Positions 16,844 to 26,079 of a stretch of DNA of 32,000 bases are shown piece after piece (position 1 is the stretch's first letter; each line of letters starts with the position of its first letter). The notes under the pieces are model-generated. The model saw only the letters and a program-made list of their open reading frames with translations. It was not told where the DNA came from and searched no databases. The position numbers and the translations under genes are program-made. The stretch is from Halomicrobium mukohataei DSM 12286 (GTDB lineage Archaea > Halobacteriota > Halobacteria > Halobacteriales > Haloarculaceae), in NCBI RefSeq assembly GCF_000023965.1, contig NC_013202.1, forward strand, positions 1,350,001 through 1,382,000. The letters are read 5' to 3'.

Positions 16844-17389
16844 CTACCGCTCGAACAGCGCGTAGTAGAGCACGCCGGTCACGGTGCGCCCGTCCCGAAG
16901 CTCGTCTTCGCGGGCCGCATCGAGGAGTTCGTCGAGCGTCGTCGTCGCGACGCGGATCGACTCGTTGCCGTCGAGGTCCTGCTGGGCCGTCTGCTCGCAG
17001 TCGCGGGCGACGAAGTAGTGGAAGACGGCGTCCGCGAAGCCGTTGGCCGGCTCGACCGTCGTCAGGTGTTCGAGCGACCCGGCCTCGTAGCCGGTCTCCT
17101 CGGCGAGTTCGCGACGGGCGGCGACCTCCGGATCGGCGTCGTCGGACTCCATCGAGCCGGCGGGGAGGCCGCGGTTCACGCGGCCGACCGCCTGTCGCCA
17201 CTCCTCGATGACGACCACGTCGCCGTCGGGCGTCAGCGGGAGGACGACGACGCTCTCGCCCTCCGCGAGGTAGTCGAATTCGGCGTCGGTCCCGTCCGGG
17301 AAGCGAACGCGCTCGTTGCGTACGTCGAATCCCGCACAGCTGTAGGCGACGTTGCGCTCCAGGGTCTCCCAGGCGAGTTCGTCAGTCAT
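16844..17389 (-). CDS. NUDIX hydrolase (ADP-ribose pyrophosphatase-like)
   Basis: The Nudix box GSMESDDADPEVAARRELAEETGY matches GX5EX7REUXEEXGU. The ATG at 17387-17389 (MTDELAWETL…) is preferred over the upstream TTG at 17416. Confidence 0.88.
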   Translation of the reverse strand: MTDELAWETLERNVAYSCAGFDVRNERVRFPDGTDAEFDYLAEGESVVVLPLTPDGDVVVIEEWRQAVGRVNRGLPAGSMESDDADPEVAARRELAEETGYEAGSLEHLTTVEPANGFADAVFHYFVARDCEQTAQQDLDGNESIRVATTTLDELLDAAREDELRDGRTVTGVLYYALFER

Positions 17390-17446
17390 GTCTCGGGGTG
17401 TGGGGACGACCGCCAAAAGATGCTCGGAAGCGTCGACGCCCAGGCG

Positions 17447-19501
17447 CTACAGCTTCTCCGCGTCGAGGGCCTGCTCGACGCGCTTGCGGGCCTGTGACAG
17501 CCGTCTGTCGACCGCTCGCTCGATGGGGTCGGGGAGGCCGTCTGCGGCCCGTTCGAGGTTGTCCGCGACCTGCTCGAACCCGCTCTGGACGGCCACGAGC
17601 CGACGGTCCGCTCCCTCTCGGTCGCCGTCTGCGGCCCGCCGGGCCGCTCGCTGTGCGGCGCTGCCGGTCGCTTCCAGTGCTCTGACGAGCCCCTGGACGG
17701 CGTTTGCCCTCCCATCGAGATCCAGTCCCTCGATCTCGGCGCGCGTCTCCTCGGTGATCGTCGCCAGAAAGCTCGCCAGCGATTCTTTCCCGGTGGTCGG
17801 CCGCTCGACCGCGATGCGGTCCTCGTCGGTCGGGTTCACGCGGACGGCCCCGAGTTCGTCGTCGCTGTCGCGGATCTCGCCCGTGTAGGCACCGCCGCGG
17901 TGGACGTAGACTGCGTCCGGCCCCTCGACCGGAGCGTCGTAGAGTCGTCCACCGAAGTCGTCTTCGAGCGCGAAGTCGGTCACCTCCGTCTCGCTCTCGG
18001 TCGGATCGACGGTCACCTTCGTCGCGTCCTCGCGAGTCACGAGCGGGATCTCGCCGTCGACGCCGGCCGCCGTCACGCCCCGGTCCTCGACCGTGATCGA
18101 CTCGCTGTGTGGCTCGACACCCGCTCCGTTGACGGTGAGACGGTGCTGGCCGGCATCGACGCCCTGTGCCACCGCGACCCCCCGGAACGTCGGGACGGCG
18201 CTCGGATCGCTCTCCAGCAGCGCGACGGACTCGACCGCGCTGTCCTCGGTGGTCACGCCTTCCCCGTCCGGAGCCTCGCCGTCTTCGACGAGCGAGGAGA
18301 CGGCGGTGACGACGGCGTTGACCGGTGCCGGCTCGCCGATCGCTGCGTACCGTTCGGCCAGTTCTCGGCGGTGGTTCGGGTCCGAGATGTCCGCTGCGGG
18401 GTTCTGGTAGCGAGGCTGGTTCCAGGGCTCGCCGGTCGTCGTGATGTGGCCGGCGACGGCGTCCTCGACGGCTTCCGGGACCGAGAACTCGAAGCTCAAC
18501 TGCGGGCCGGTGAACCCGGAGATGTGTTCGATGTCGGCCGTCGATCGGAGCTCGTAGGCTACGTCCGCGTCGGTCCCGGGGTCGTTGCGGCCCTCGAACT
18601 CGAAGACGAGCCCGGTCTCGCGCTCCGGGAGGTCCGTCGGCGGCGCGGAGAGCGAGTCGAACGACCTGACCGTCAGTTCGTCTGGCACGAGGTCTTCGGG
18701 CTCGACCGACGGGAGCCGGTCGTGCTCGTAGAGGGGTGCGCCGTCGAGTTCCGGGACGACGTAGGGGAGCCGACTCCCCTCGTCGCGGGGCAGCCCGTAG
18801 GCGACGGGAATCGAGGCGAGGGACTCGACGTCGTCGACGACGCGGTTGGTGATGTCCGCGATGTCGCCGCCCGTCGGCAGTCGCTGGAAGCGGTCGCGTT
18901 CCTCGTTGACCGACAGCGCGCTCGAATGGGAGCCCAGTTCCTGGAGGATCCGCGGCACGGTCCGATCGGGATCGAGAAACTCGTTGTTGGGCACGCTCCG
19001 GGAGTGGGAACTGGCGACGAACAGCGCGGGCTCGTCGCTGTCGGTGTCGACGAAGACGTGGAGCACCTCCCAGTCGTGCCAGTGGAAGTTCGTCGTGAAC
19101 TGGTCGAAGGCGCTGTAGGCCCAGTACTGGACGACCGCGAGCGGGGAGTCGTCGTAGGTGACGACGTTGTGGAAGACGGTCGGATCCGGCGGCGTCTCGG
19201 CGGCTCGAAATCGTTCGGTGTAACCGTCGAGTGCGTCGAAGCCGTCCACGACGGTTTCGCCCTCGCGGTCGCTCTCGTAGGGGCGTGGGTCGGTCGGGAA
19301 CCACTGCTCGGCGCTGTCGAAGTACAGCGTCGGTGCGAACCGCTCGGCCAGCTCGCGTGCGCGGCCCTCGTCGACCGGCGTCGTCGTCGCGTCCTCGCCG
19401 GCCTCCAGCGCGCTACAGCCGGCCACTGCGCTCGTCCCGACGGCGGCAGTAGCGGCGAGGAAGGCACGCCGATCGAGGAGATCGGAGGCGTACTCTGTCA
19501 C
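17447..19501 (-). CDS. Large Tat-exported lipoprotein of unknown function with an N-terminal Vps62/DUF946-like region
   Basis: 684 aa with a GTG start. The signal is DRRAFLAATAAVGTSAVAGC (twin-arginine plus lipobox Cys). Residues about 55-175 (FAPTLYFDSAEQWFP…VVQYWAYSAFDQF…HWHDWEVLHVFVD…SSHS) resemble my memory of Vps62-family motifs. Confidence 0.75.
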   Translation of the reverse strand: MTEYASDLLDRRAFLAATAAVGTSAVAGCSALEAGEDATTTPVDEGRARELAERFAPTLYFDSAEQWFPTDPRPYESDREGETVVDGFDALDGYTERFRAAETPPDPTVFHNVVTYDDSPLAVVQYWAYSAFDQFTTNFHWHDWEVLHVFVDTDSDEPALFVASSHSRSVPNNEFLDPDRTVPRILQELGSHSSALSVNEERDRFQRLPTGGDIADITNRVVDDVESLASIPVAYGLPRDEGSRLPYVVPELDGAPLYEHDRLPSVEPEDLVPDELTVRSFDSLSAPPTDLPERETGLVFEFEGRNDPGTDADVAYELRSTADIEHISGFTGPQLSFEFSVPEAVEDAVAGHITTTGEPWNQPRYQNPAADISDPNHRRELAERYAAIGEPAPVNAVVTAVSSLVEDGEAPDGEGVTTEDSAVESVALLESDPSAVPTFRGVAVAQGVDAGQHRLTVNGAGVEPHSESITVEDRGVTAAGVDGEIPLVTREDATKVTVDPTESETEVTDFALEDDFGGRLYDAPVEGPDAVYVHRGGAYTGEIRDSDDELGAVRVNPTDEDRIAVERPTTGKESLASFLATITEETRAEIEGLDLDGRANAVQGLVRALEATGSAAQRAARRAADGDREGADRRLVAVQSGFEQVADNLERAADGLPDPIERAVDRRLSQARKRVEQALDAEKL

Positions 19502-19571
19502 GTGTGCTCCTCGCCGGGCACGTCAAAAGGTCTTCTGGCACGTTCGGGACCGCACCAGCCGTGACCGTCGC

Positions 19572-20810
19572 TCACTCGTCGGCGACGATGCGGTACAGCC
19601 CGCCCGTGGACCCCTCGCCCTCCAGCGACGCCTCGGAGGTCCGTTCGGCGACGTAGACCGCGTCGTCGGTGACCAGCGGGGTACTGGTGACCTCGCCCTC
19701 GGCCGGGACGGCCCAGAGCTCCTCGCCGGTCGACTTCGTCAGCGCGGTCAGCTTCGGCTCGTAGGACCCGACGAGGACGTGCTCGCTGGTCACGGTCGGG
19801 CAGCCGATGACCGGGCCACCGACGTCTGTCTCCCACTGCTCGTCGCCGTCGGCGGCGTCGAGAGCGTACAGCGATTCGTGCTGGTCGCCGACGTAGACGG
19901 TGCCCGTCGACCCCTCGACGGAGGGGCCGGCCATCACCGACGCGCCCAGATCGGTCGCCCACTCCTCGGAACCGTCCGACAGCGCGACGCGGTAGATCCT
20001 GTCGCTCCACGAGCCGAAGAACGCGCTCCCGTCCCAGGTCGCGATCGGCCCCTTGATCTCCTCGCCGGTGTCGTCGGTCCACAGGAACTCGTGGTCGGGG
20101 TACGACCAGCAGTAGAGGCGGCCGTCGTTCGACCCGACGACCAGACGGCCGGCCTCGCGGTCGATCGCACACGTCGAGTGTGGGTGGTCCGTGATTCGGC
20201 GATCTTCCCAGCTGACCTCGCCCGTGACGGCGTCGAGCGCGAAGATGGCACCGCTCGGTTCGTAGTACTCGACGGCGACGTAGAGCCGCCCGTCGTGGTA
20301 GCCGGGGCTGGATCCGATGGCGTCGCCCAGCTGCGTGCGCCAGTACTGTTCGCCCGTCTCCAGATCGAACGCGTACAGCGCCCCGTCGTACGCGCCGACG
20401 TAGACGGTCCCGTTCGCGATCGCCGGGGTGCCGTGGAACCCCCGCGGCGTGTCCGTGGCGTCGGCCCGCCACCGCCGCCTCCCGTCGGGCCGAACCGCCC
20501 ACACCTCGCCGGTGTCGCCGGTGACGACGATATCGCCGGTCGGTGCCAGCACGGGACTGCCCTTCGCCGCGGTGTGCCCGCCCGTGTTGAGGCCGTCGAG
20601 CCGCCAGTCGACAGTCACCGACGAGGGGACCGTCTGCTCGGGGAACACGCCCAGTCTGGTGGTTTCGCCGCGGAACTGCGTGTCGGCCGTCTCGGCTGGC
20701 GGTCTGTCCGGTCCGCCCCCGAGCGTCCGCAACCGACCGAGACAGCCGGCCGTCCCGATCGCCGCAGCCGTTCCCACGCCTTCGAGGAACCGCCGTCTGC
20801 GCTCGTTCAT
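19572..20810 (-). CDS. Tat-exported PQQ-like / BamB-like beta-propeller repeat lipoprotein
   Basis: Start at the ATG at 20808-20810 (MNERRRRFLEGVGTAAAIGTAGC). It has repeated G-x-[VL]-Y-[VA]-G / DG…LYALD and W blades typical of PQQ-like propellers. Confidence 0.82.
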   Translation of the reverse strand: MNERRRRFLEGVGTAAAIGTAGCLGRLRTLGGGPDRPPAETADTQFRGETTRLGVFPEQTVPSSVTVDWRLDGLNTGGHTAAKGSPVLAPTGDIVVTGDTGEVWAVRPDGRRRWRADATDTPRGFHGTPAIANGTVYVGAYDGALYAFDLETGEQYWRTQLGDAIGSSPGYHDGRLYVAVEYYEPSGAIFALDAVTGEVSWEDRRITDHPHSTCAIDREAGRLVVGSNDGRLYCWSYPDHEFLWTDDTGEEIKGPIATWDGSAFFGSWSDRIYRVALSDGSEEWATDLGASVMAGPSVEGSTGTVYVGDQHESLYALDAADGDEQWETDVGGPVIGCPTVTSEHVLVGSYEPKLTALTKSTGEELWAVPAEGEVTSTPLVTDDAVYVAERTSEASLEGEGSTGGLYRIVADE

Positions 20811-20873
20811 ACCACTCTCCAACGTGGGGACCGAATCAAGTGGTTTTCGCACGCTTCCGAGGTCGCTCCTGGC

Positions 20874-21473
20874 TCACTCGTCGGACCGGTAGCCGTCGGT
20901 GTCGAGGAAGTTGTGGGCGACGGTGATCGCGTGGTTGGCGTGTAACGGCTGTGGCCCCAGTGAGAGCCGCTGGTCGGCAGCGTCGTCGAGCAAGTCCTGC
21001 TCCTCGTCGGTGAAATCTCGGTGGTCCGAGAGGACGAACACCGGACCGGTCGGCGGCGTCGCGTCGACGGCGGGGTCGCCGTCGGCGTGCAACTGGACGA
21101 CCGTCCCCGCCGTCGCCACGTCTTCGAGCGTGCCCTCGAACCCTCGGCGAGTCAGCGAGATGCCGGGAGACGTTTCGACCGGAATGTGACCGATCGCCTC
21201 CTCGCGCTCTTCGAGGGCCGTGCGAATCAGGGCCGCAGTCGAGCGCTCGTCCGGGTTGAGCCGCCGGACCGTTTCGCTGTCGACGGTGACCGTGTACTCG
21301 TCGCCCAGCACGAGGTGGACGCGAACGTCCTCGCGGATGTCGTGACTCAGGAAGACGGCCGCCGAGACACACCGACAGAGCACGTCGAGTCGCCCCGCCG
21401 CCCCAGCGAGATCGTCCAGCGAGAAGTCGGGCGTCGTGGGCGCGTCGTGGCCGATGATGACGAACTGGCGCAT
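20874..21473 (-). CDS. trmY: tRNA (pseudouridine54-N1)-methyltransferase TrmY (SPOUT, DUF358)
   Basis: Start at the ATG at 21471-21473 ([36 protein letters not shown]…). The size and N-terminal motif match my memory of archaeal TrmY. Confidence 0.8.
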   Translation of the reverse strand: MRQFVIIGHDAPTTPDFSLDDLAGAAGRLDVLCRCVSAAVFLSHDIREDVRVHLVLGDEYTVTVDSETVRRLNPDERSTAALIRTALEEREEAIGHIPVETSPGISLTRRGFEGTLEDVATAGTVVQLHADGDPAVDATPPTGPVFVLSDHRDFTDEEQDLLDDAADQRLSLGPQPLHANHAITVAHNFLDTDGYRSDE

Positions 21474-21574
21474 ACCTGTCGGTGTGCAAGCGGCCATATC
21501 AGGGCTCCTGTTTCGGGTCGACTCGCTCGTTGAGAGAACAGTGCCCCACTTCCCAGTGACATCATCAGCGAGGA

Positions 21575-21663
21575 ACCGAAAGCCGTCGGACCGCGCCTCG
21601 CCCTTTCATCCGCCAGGGTGTAGTTGGGGACACAGCCGAACCCCGGTGGCTGAAAAGGCGAGC
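21575..21663. repeat. Degenerate copy of the central hairpin module of the 922-1241 element
   Basis: ACCGAAAGCCGTCGG followed by CGCGCCTCGCCCTTTCATCCGCCAGG…GGCTGAAAAGGCGAGC parallels 964-977 and 1045-1116. The arms have 4 uncompensated mismatches, and the first internal hairpin and the termini are missing. Confidence 0.5.
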
Positions 21664-21767
21664 ACTGTGAGGGATTTCGATGTCTCGTCGTCGCCGATCC
21701 CATTCCCTCTGATCGCACTTTCCGACCACGGACCTAAGCCGATCGGACGCGAACAGACGCCTACCAG

Positions 21768-22700
21768 ATGCTCACAGACACGCCGGGGATCCACCACGTC
21801 ACGTCGATGGTCGGGGACCCACAGGAGAACCTCGACTTCTACGCCGACGTGCTGGGACTGCGCCTCGTCAAGCGCACCGTCAACCACGAGGACGTGCTGC
21901 GCTACCACCTCTACTACGGCAACGGCACCGGCGACCTCGGGACGATCTACACCTGCTTTCCCTACCCCAACGAGCCGCCGGGACGACGCGGCCGACCGGG
22001 AATCGACGCCGCCGCCTTCGCCGTCCCGCCGGGCTCGCTCGACTTCTGGGCGGACCGGCTCGCCGAGCACGGCGTCGATCCCGAGCGCCGGGAGCGCCTT
22101 GGCGAGTCCCTGCTCCGGTTCGAGGATCCCGCCGGCACGCGCCTCGAACTCGTGGCCGCCGACGCGCCGGTCGATTCCTGGCAGGCGAGCCCCGTCCCAG
22201 CCGAGCACGGGATCAGGGGCCTCCACGGCGTCACGACACACCCCGTCGATCCCTACCAGACCGCGAGCGTCCTCGAAACGCTCGGCCTCGAACAGGTCGC
22301 CGAGAGCGACGATCGCGTCCGCTACCGCGCACCCGGCGACCACGCGACCGTCGTCGACCTGCTCGACCGCGAGGGTGGCTTCGGCCGCGAGGGCGTCGGG
22401 ACGATCCACCACGTCGCGCTTCGCGTCGACGACGAGGATCTGCGCGAGTGGCACGACCTCTTCCGGGAGCGGGATCTTCGCGTCTCGCGCATTCGCGATC
22501 GCCACTACTACCGGGCGATCTACGTCCGGGAACCCGGTGGGGTCCTGATCGAGCTCGCGACGGAGTCGCCCGGCCTCACGGTCGACGAGGGTGCGGCCGA
22601 TCTCGGCTCCTCGCTCGTCGTACCGCCCTGGGCCGAGGAGGACCGCGAGATGATCGAGGGACAGTTGCCCCCAATCGAGGTGCCCTACCGCGACGGATGA
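21768..22700 (+). CDS. Two-domain VOC-family ring-cleaving dioxygenase (glyoxalase/bleomycin-resistance fold, MhqO-like)
   Basis: 310 aa. GIHHVTSMVGDPQENLDFYADVLGLRLVKRTVN…, with a second repeat GLHGVT… and HHVALRV. Confidence 0.8.
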   Translation: MLTDTPGIHHVTSMVGDPQENLDFYADVLGLRLVKRTVNHEDVLRYHLYYGNGTGDLGTIYTCFPYPNEPPGRRGRPGIDAAAFAVPPGSLDFWADRLAEHGVDPERRERLGESLLRFEDPAGTRLELVAADAPVDSWQASPVPAEHGIRGLHGVTTHPVDPYQTASVLETLGLEQVAESDDRVRYRAPGDHATVVDLLDREGGFGREGVGTIHHVALRVDDEDLREWHDLFRERDLRVSRIRDRHYYRAIYVREPGGVLIELATESPGLTVDEGAADLGSSLVVPPWAEEDREMIEGQLPPIEVPYRDG

Positions 22701-23371
22701 GCGCGGACAGCCCGACTGACGACGTTCCCGGCCCCCACGGCAGCCAGGCGATCGTCACCGCGGGCGCGCCCCGAGGGGCCACGGAAACCGTCGTCCTCGC
22801 GCTCCACGGCCGGGGCGCAACCGCACAAGGGATCGTCAATCTGCTCGATCCGATCTCCCGCCACGGCGTCACGTTCGTCGCCCCCGACGCCCACCGAAGC
22901 AGGTGGTATCCCTACGCGAGTTCCCAGCCGATCGAGCGCAACGAACCACACTTCTCGTCGGCGCTGGGCGTCGTTGAGGTCCTCCTCGAACACGTCGTCG
23001 AGACGTTCGGCGTGGACCGTGACCACGTCGTCCTCACCGGATTCTCGCAGGGGGCCTGCGTCGCCGCCGAGTTCGCCGCCCGCAACCCCGGTCGGTACGG
23101 CGCCGTGGCCGTCCTCAGTGGCACGCTGCTCGGCCCGGCGATCGATTCTGGGGGCTACGCGGGGACACTCGACGAGACGCCGGTGCTCGTGGCGTCCGGC
23201 GACGAAGACCCACACGTCTCTGCTGACCGGGCCCGAGAGACCGCCGACACCTTCCGGTCGCTCGACGCCACCGTGACCGAGCGCCGCTACGAGGGCGTCG
23301 GTCACGAGGTCACCGACGACGAGTTCGACTGTCTGGGGTCGCTACTGGACGAGATGGCCGACGATCAATAG
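22697..23371 (+). CDS. Alpha/beta-hydrolase, phospholipase/carboxylesterase family (MhqD-like)
   Basis: The ATG at 22697-22699 overlaps the upstream stop (ATGA). It has the nucleophile elbow GFSQGA and HG…G near the N-terminus. 224 aa. Confidence 0.82.
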   Translation: MSADSPTDDVPGPHGSQAIVTAGAPRGATETVVLALHGRGATAQGIVNLLDPISRHGVTFVAPDAHRSRWYPYASSQPIERNEPHFSSALGVVEVLLEHVVETFGVDRDHVVLTGFSQGACVAAEFAARNPGRYGAVAVLSGTLLGPAIDSGGYAGTLDETPVLVASGDEDPHVSADRARETADTFRSLDATVTERRYEGVGHEVTDDEFDCLGSLLDEMADDQ

Positions 23372-23403
23372 CCGGTGCTCGCCGACATCGTACGGCGGAG
23401 AAT

Positions 23404-23475
23404 GGGCCGGCGCGAATTCGAATCGCGGTTACGGCCACCCGAAGGCCGAAGGATACCAAGCTACCCCACCGGCCC
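23404..23475 (-). tRNA. tRNA-Pro (anticodon CGG), no encoded CCA
   Basis: Hand-folded 72-nt cloverleaf on the minus strand. The acceptor is GGGCCGG/CCGGCCC (7 bp). U8, A14, G18G19 and A21 are present. The anticodon stem is CGGCC/GGCCG with loop UUCGGGU (U33, CGG, G37). The variable loop is 4 nt. The T arm is CGCGA-UUCGAAU-UCGCG. The one oddity is A53-U61 where G53-C61 is usual. Confidence 0.85.
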
Positions 23476-23628
23476 GTGACGTAGCAGGTAGACGAATGGG
23501 TGGCGACGGTTTAATCGTTGCGAAACAGTACCTCCGCTGTGGGGTAGGTCACACACCACAGCGTCAAACGCCGTGTTTGGGACTACACCGGGATGTCCCC
23601 TCTTCACAGTAGAGTGATCAGTAACCGA

Positions 23629-23644
23629 TTTATGTATATATACC
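23629..23644 (+). promoter_or_regulatory. AT-rich TATA box for the sugar transferase gene, probably a leaderless mRNA
   Basis: TTTATGTATATATACC is centred about 26 nt upstream of the ATG at 23663. Confidence 0.45.
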
Positions 23645-23662
23645 GAGGGGGACCGTAAGGCA

Positions 23663-25111
23663 ATGGCGAGTGGCTGGCGGTATCGGATTGTTTCCGTCGT
23701 TGGAGTCTTTGCGTTGATCGTGGCCGCAGTCTCGGTTGCCAATCATCCACTCGTCCACTCTGGCTTTCGGTTGCTACCCGTCGTCGGACATCTTCCCTTC
23801 GATCCCGCCGAGGGAAGGGAGTTCTTCATCGAAGCTGGGACAACTGCTGTCGTCGTCTTGCTGGCACTCGCTCCGCTGTACAAACCCCGTCCTCACCGGA
23901 TCCTCGACATCTCGATGTTCGCCCTGAAACGGACCCTCGTTGGGCTGTTTGCCCTCGCAACGATCGGCTACTTCGATTACACGTACCGCTTACCGCGAGC
24001 GACACTCCTGATCGTCGGATCGTTGCTCGTCGTGGCGATCCCGACGTGGTTCGTGACCATCCGGAGCCGACCGGCACGTGGCGAGAGCGGTCGGGCGATC
24101 ATCGTCGGCGACGACCCGAGTGAGATCGATCGTATCTTGGCTGCGATCGACATCCCGGTCTTCGGCTACGTCTCTCCTCCGTCGCCCTACATCGTCGACA
24201 CGGAGGGATCGGGGCAACCACAGCTCGCTGACGGTGCTGGCAGTACGGCCGACTCGCTGACGTACACGACGGATCTGGAGTGTCTGGGTGGACTCTCACG
24301 CCTCGACGACATTCTCGTCGAACACGACATCGATGTCGCCGTGTTCGCCTTCGACGAGACGGATCGAGAGGAGTTCTTTGGCGTGTTGGCTACCTGCCAC
24401 GAGCACGGCGTCGACGCGAAGATCCACCGGGACAAGGCCGACAGCGTCCTCGTCGACGACGACCAGGTCGAGGAGATCGTGGACATCGACGTCGAGCCGT
24501 GGGACTGGCAGGAGCGGGTAGTGAAGCGAGTTTTCGACGTGGTGTTTGCGGCTGTCGGCCTGTTGTTCGGACTCCCACTGATGGCAGCCGCTGCCGTGGC
24601 GATCAAACTCGAGGACGGTGGCACCATATTTTACAAACAGGAACGGACCGCGGAGTTCGGAGATACCTTTCAGGTGTACAAATTCCGGAGTATGATACCG
24701 AACGCAGAAGAGCGAACCGGGGCAAAACTTAGCGAGGAAGACCGAGGTGGACGAGACCCACGGGTAACGCGAGTTGGTCGAACGCTTCGGAAGACACATC
24801 TCGACGAGATACCACAGCTGTGGTCGATCCTCGTCGGCGACATGAGTGTCGTCGGTCCACGACCGGAGCGTCCGGAACTCGATCGCGATATCGAAGAAGG
24901 GGTGTCAGACTGGCGTCGCCGATGGTTCGTTCGTCCGGGTCTTACGGGTCTCGCGCAGGTCAATGACGTAACCGGTCACGAACCAGAACAAAAACTCCGA
25001 CTTGACGTAGAGTACATTCGGCGCCAGTCGTTTTGGTTCGACCTGAAAATCGCAATTCGCCAGATCTGGAAGGTCGTTAGTGATATTGCTGAAACTTTGG
25101 CTCATCGTTGA
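23663..25111 (+). CDS. Polyprenyl-phosphate sugar phosphotransferase (bacterial-type sugar transferase, WbaP/WcaJ-like large PGT)
   Basis: 482 aa with N-terminal TM segments and a central Rossmann-like region (AIIVGDD…). The C-terminal catalytic domain reads [57 protein letters not shown]…[24 protein letters not shown]. Confidence 0.9.
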   Translation: MASGWRYRIVSVVGVFALIVAAVSVANHPLVHSGFRLLPVVGHLPFDPAEGREFFIEAGTTAVVVLLALAPLYKPRPHRILDISMFALKRTLVGLFALATIGYFDYTYRLPRATLLIVGSLLVVAIPTWFVTIRSRPARGESGRAIIVGDDPSEIDRILAAIDIPVFGYVSPPSPYIVDTEGSGQPQLADGAGSTADSLTYTTDLECLGGLSRLDDILVEHDIDVAVFAFDETDREEFFGVLATCHEHGVDAKIHRDKADSVLVDDDQVEEIVDIDVEPWDWQERVVKRVFDVVFAAVGLLFGLPLMAAAAVAIKLEDGGTIFYKQERTAEFGDTFQVYKFRSMIPNAEERTGAKLSEEDRGGRDPRVTRVGRTLRKTHLDEIPQLWSILVGDMSVVGPRPERPELDRDIEEGVSDWRRRWFVRPGLTGLAQVNDVTGHEPEQKLRLDVEYIRRQSFWFDLKIAIRQIWKVVSDIAETLAHR

Positions 25112-26079
25112 CAAGCCCTGCGTACCTCGAATAGTGAACTGTATCCCTCATTTTTGTCGAATTCTTCTATCATCTCGGTGTCCTCTTCAAGAGAGGTATC
25201 GAACTTATCGCTGCATTGATGATATCCGACGACGTCCGTGGTTCGCATATGTCCCATTTTGCAATACTCCATCCAGACGTTCATGAGATACTCCTCCTAG
25301 TTTATTTTACTGCACAGCTTAATGAATGGTTTATGCCGCCACTCGTCGGTAATCGTCCTGAATCCGCAATTTTCCGTAATCAGTTGGCTTCTGTATCCAC
25401 ATCTGTGATGAAAATGGATGAGGGAGACCGGTTCGAGTCTCAGGGATTCAATCTCGGAACCATCAGGATATTGCATTTTATTCAAATCCTTTTTGTCGAC
25501 ACCGTTTTTCAGCTGGAGATCGAAATAGACCGATTTCGAATAGTATTTTGATTTGGCTAATCGAGCTAAACAAATCTTCCTGATCATGGTCTTACTGAAA
25601 GTCACCGTACTCCTGGCTGGTGTTCTCGCCGTACACAATCAGCGGGACATCGGGGTCAATGCCTATGTGGATCGGGACCCAGTAGATGGGCCGGTCAACA
25701 GGTCACGTCGGACTTCCAAATTCCTCGAATGCAGTCCGGCCCATCTTTTTCAAAAGCGTCTCCAACAGCCATCAAAAGGGATTCATATTGAGAACTTCCT
25801 TCACACGTGTGTCTGATAGGCGCTATCTTTTCCACCATCTACAGGAACTAGACAGTCGTATGACCCATTGTTTCGTCTGTGCTCGTCACAGATTTATTCG
25901 AGATGTTCAGATCGTTTTTCGTAGTCAATTGTACTCCGTACCTCTTGCTGAGCAAATCCCTAGCAATTCATATATCGTCCAGTTCGACACCAAACTTCGT
26001 CGTTGGTATAAAACAGTTAACACGCTGATCCCATATCTGCACAGTTTCAGCTACGATCTCAAACGTTAGTCTCTTTGTT
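25102..26079 (-). pseudogene. Degraded coding remnants (multiple frames, in-frame stop), original function uncertain
   Basis: This is the lowest-GC stretch of the window. Minus-strand ORFs 25297..25638 and 25102..25284 share a frame and are separated by one stop. A 35-codon protein-like block (VDRPIYWVPIHIGIDPDVPLIVYGENTSQEYGDFQ*, 25591-25698) sits in another frame. Further upstream pieces are interrupted by stops. Confidence 0.4.

Noticed and set aside
16695-17201. The N-terminal 170 or so codons of ORF 16464..17201 (-).
   Set aside because: This part is an Arg-rich frame overlapping the NUDIX gene. Only the last 76-84 codons, downstream of the AT-rich promoter-like spacer, look like a real membrane protein.
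17382-19564. ORFs 17382..19304 (-), 640 aa, and 17900..19564 (+), 554 aa, overlapping the Tat-lipoprotein gene.
   Set aside because: Their composition is extremely Arg/Pro/Gly-rich and basic, which is incompatible with the acidic proteome seen in every well-supported gene here. The alternative frame at 17447..19501 has a Tat signal and normal composition.
19498-22548. ORFs 19498..20502 (-), 19779..20945 (+), 20836..21489 (-), 21436..22548 (+) and 21606..22505 (-).
   Set aside because: These are shadow frames of the beta-propeller, trmY and VOC dioxygenase genes, with the same compositional argument.
23539-23547. GTGGGGTAG, an inverted copy of the tRNA-Pro D-arm segment, considered as a possible att-site remnant for island integration.
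   Set aside because: Only 9 bp match. It is in inverted orientation and on the 5' side of the tRNA. That is too short to distinguish from chance, and no integrase is present in the window.
23461-23742. ORF 23461..23742 (-), 93 aa.
   Set aside because: It overlaps the tRNA-Pro gene, the AT-rich promoter and the 5' end of the sugar transferase gene, and it has no protein-like features.
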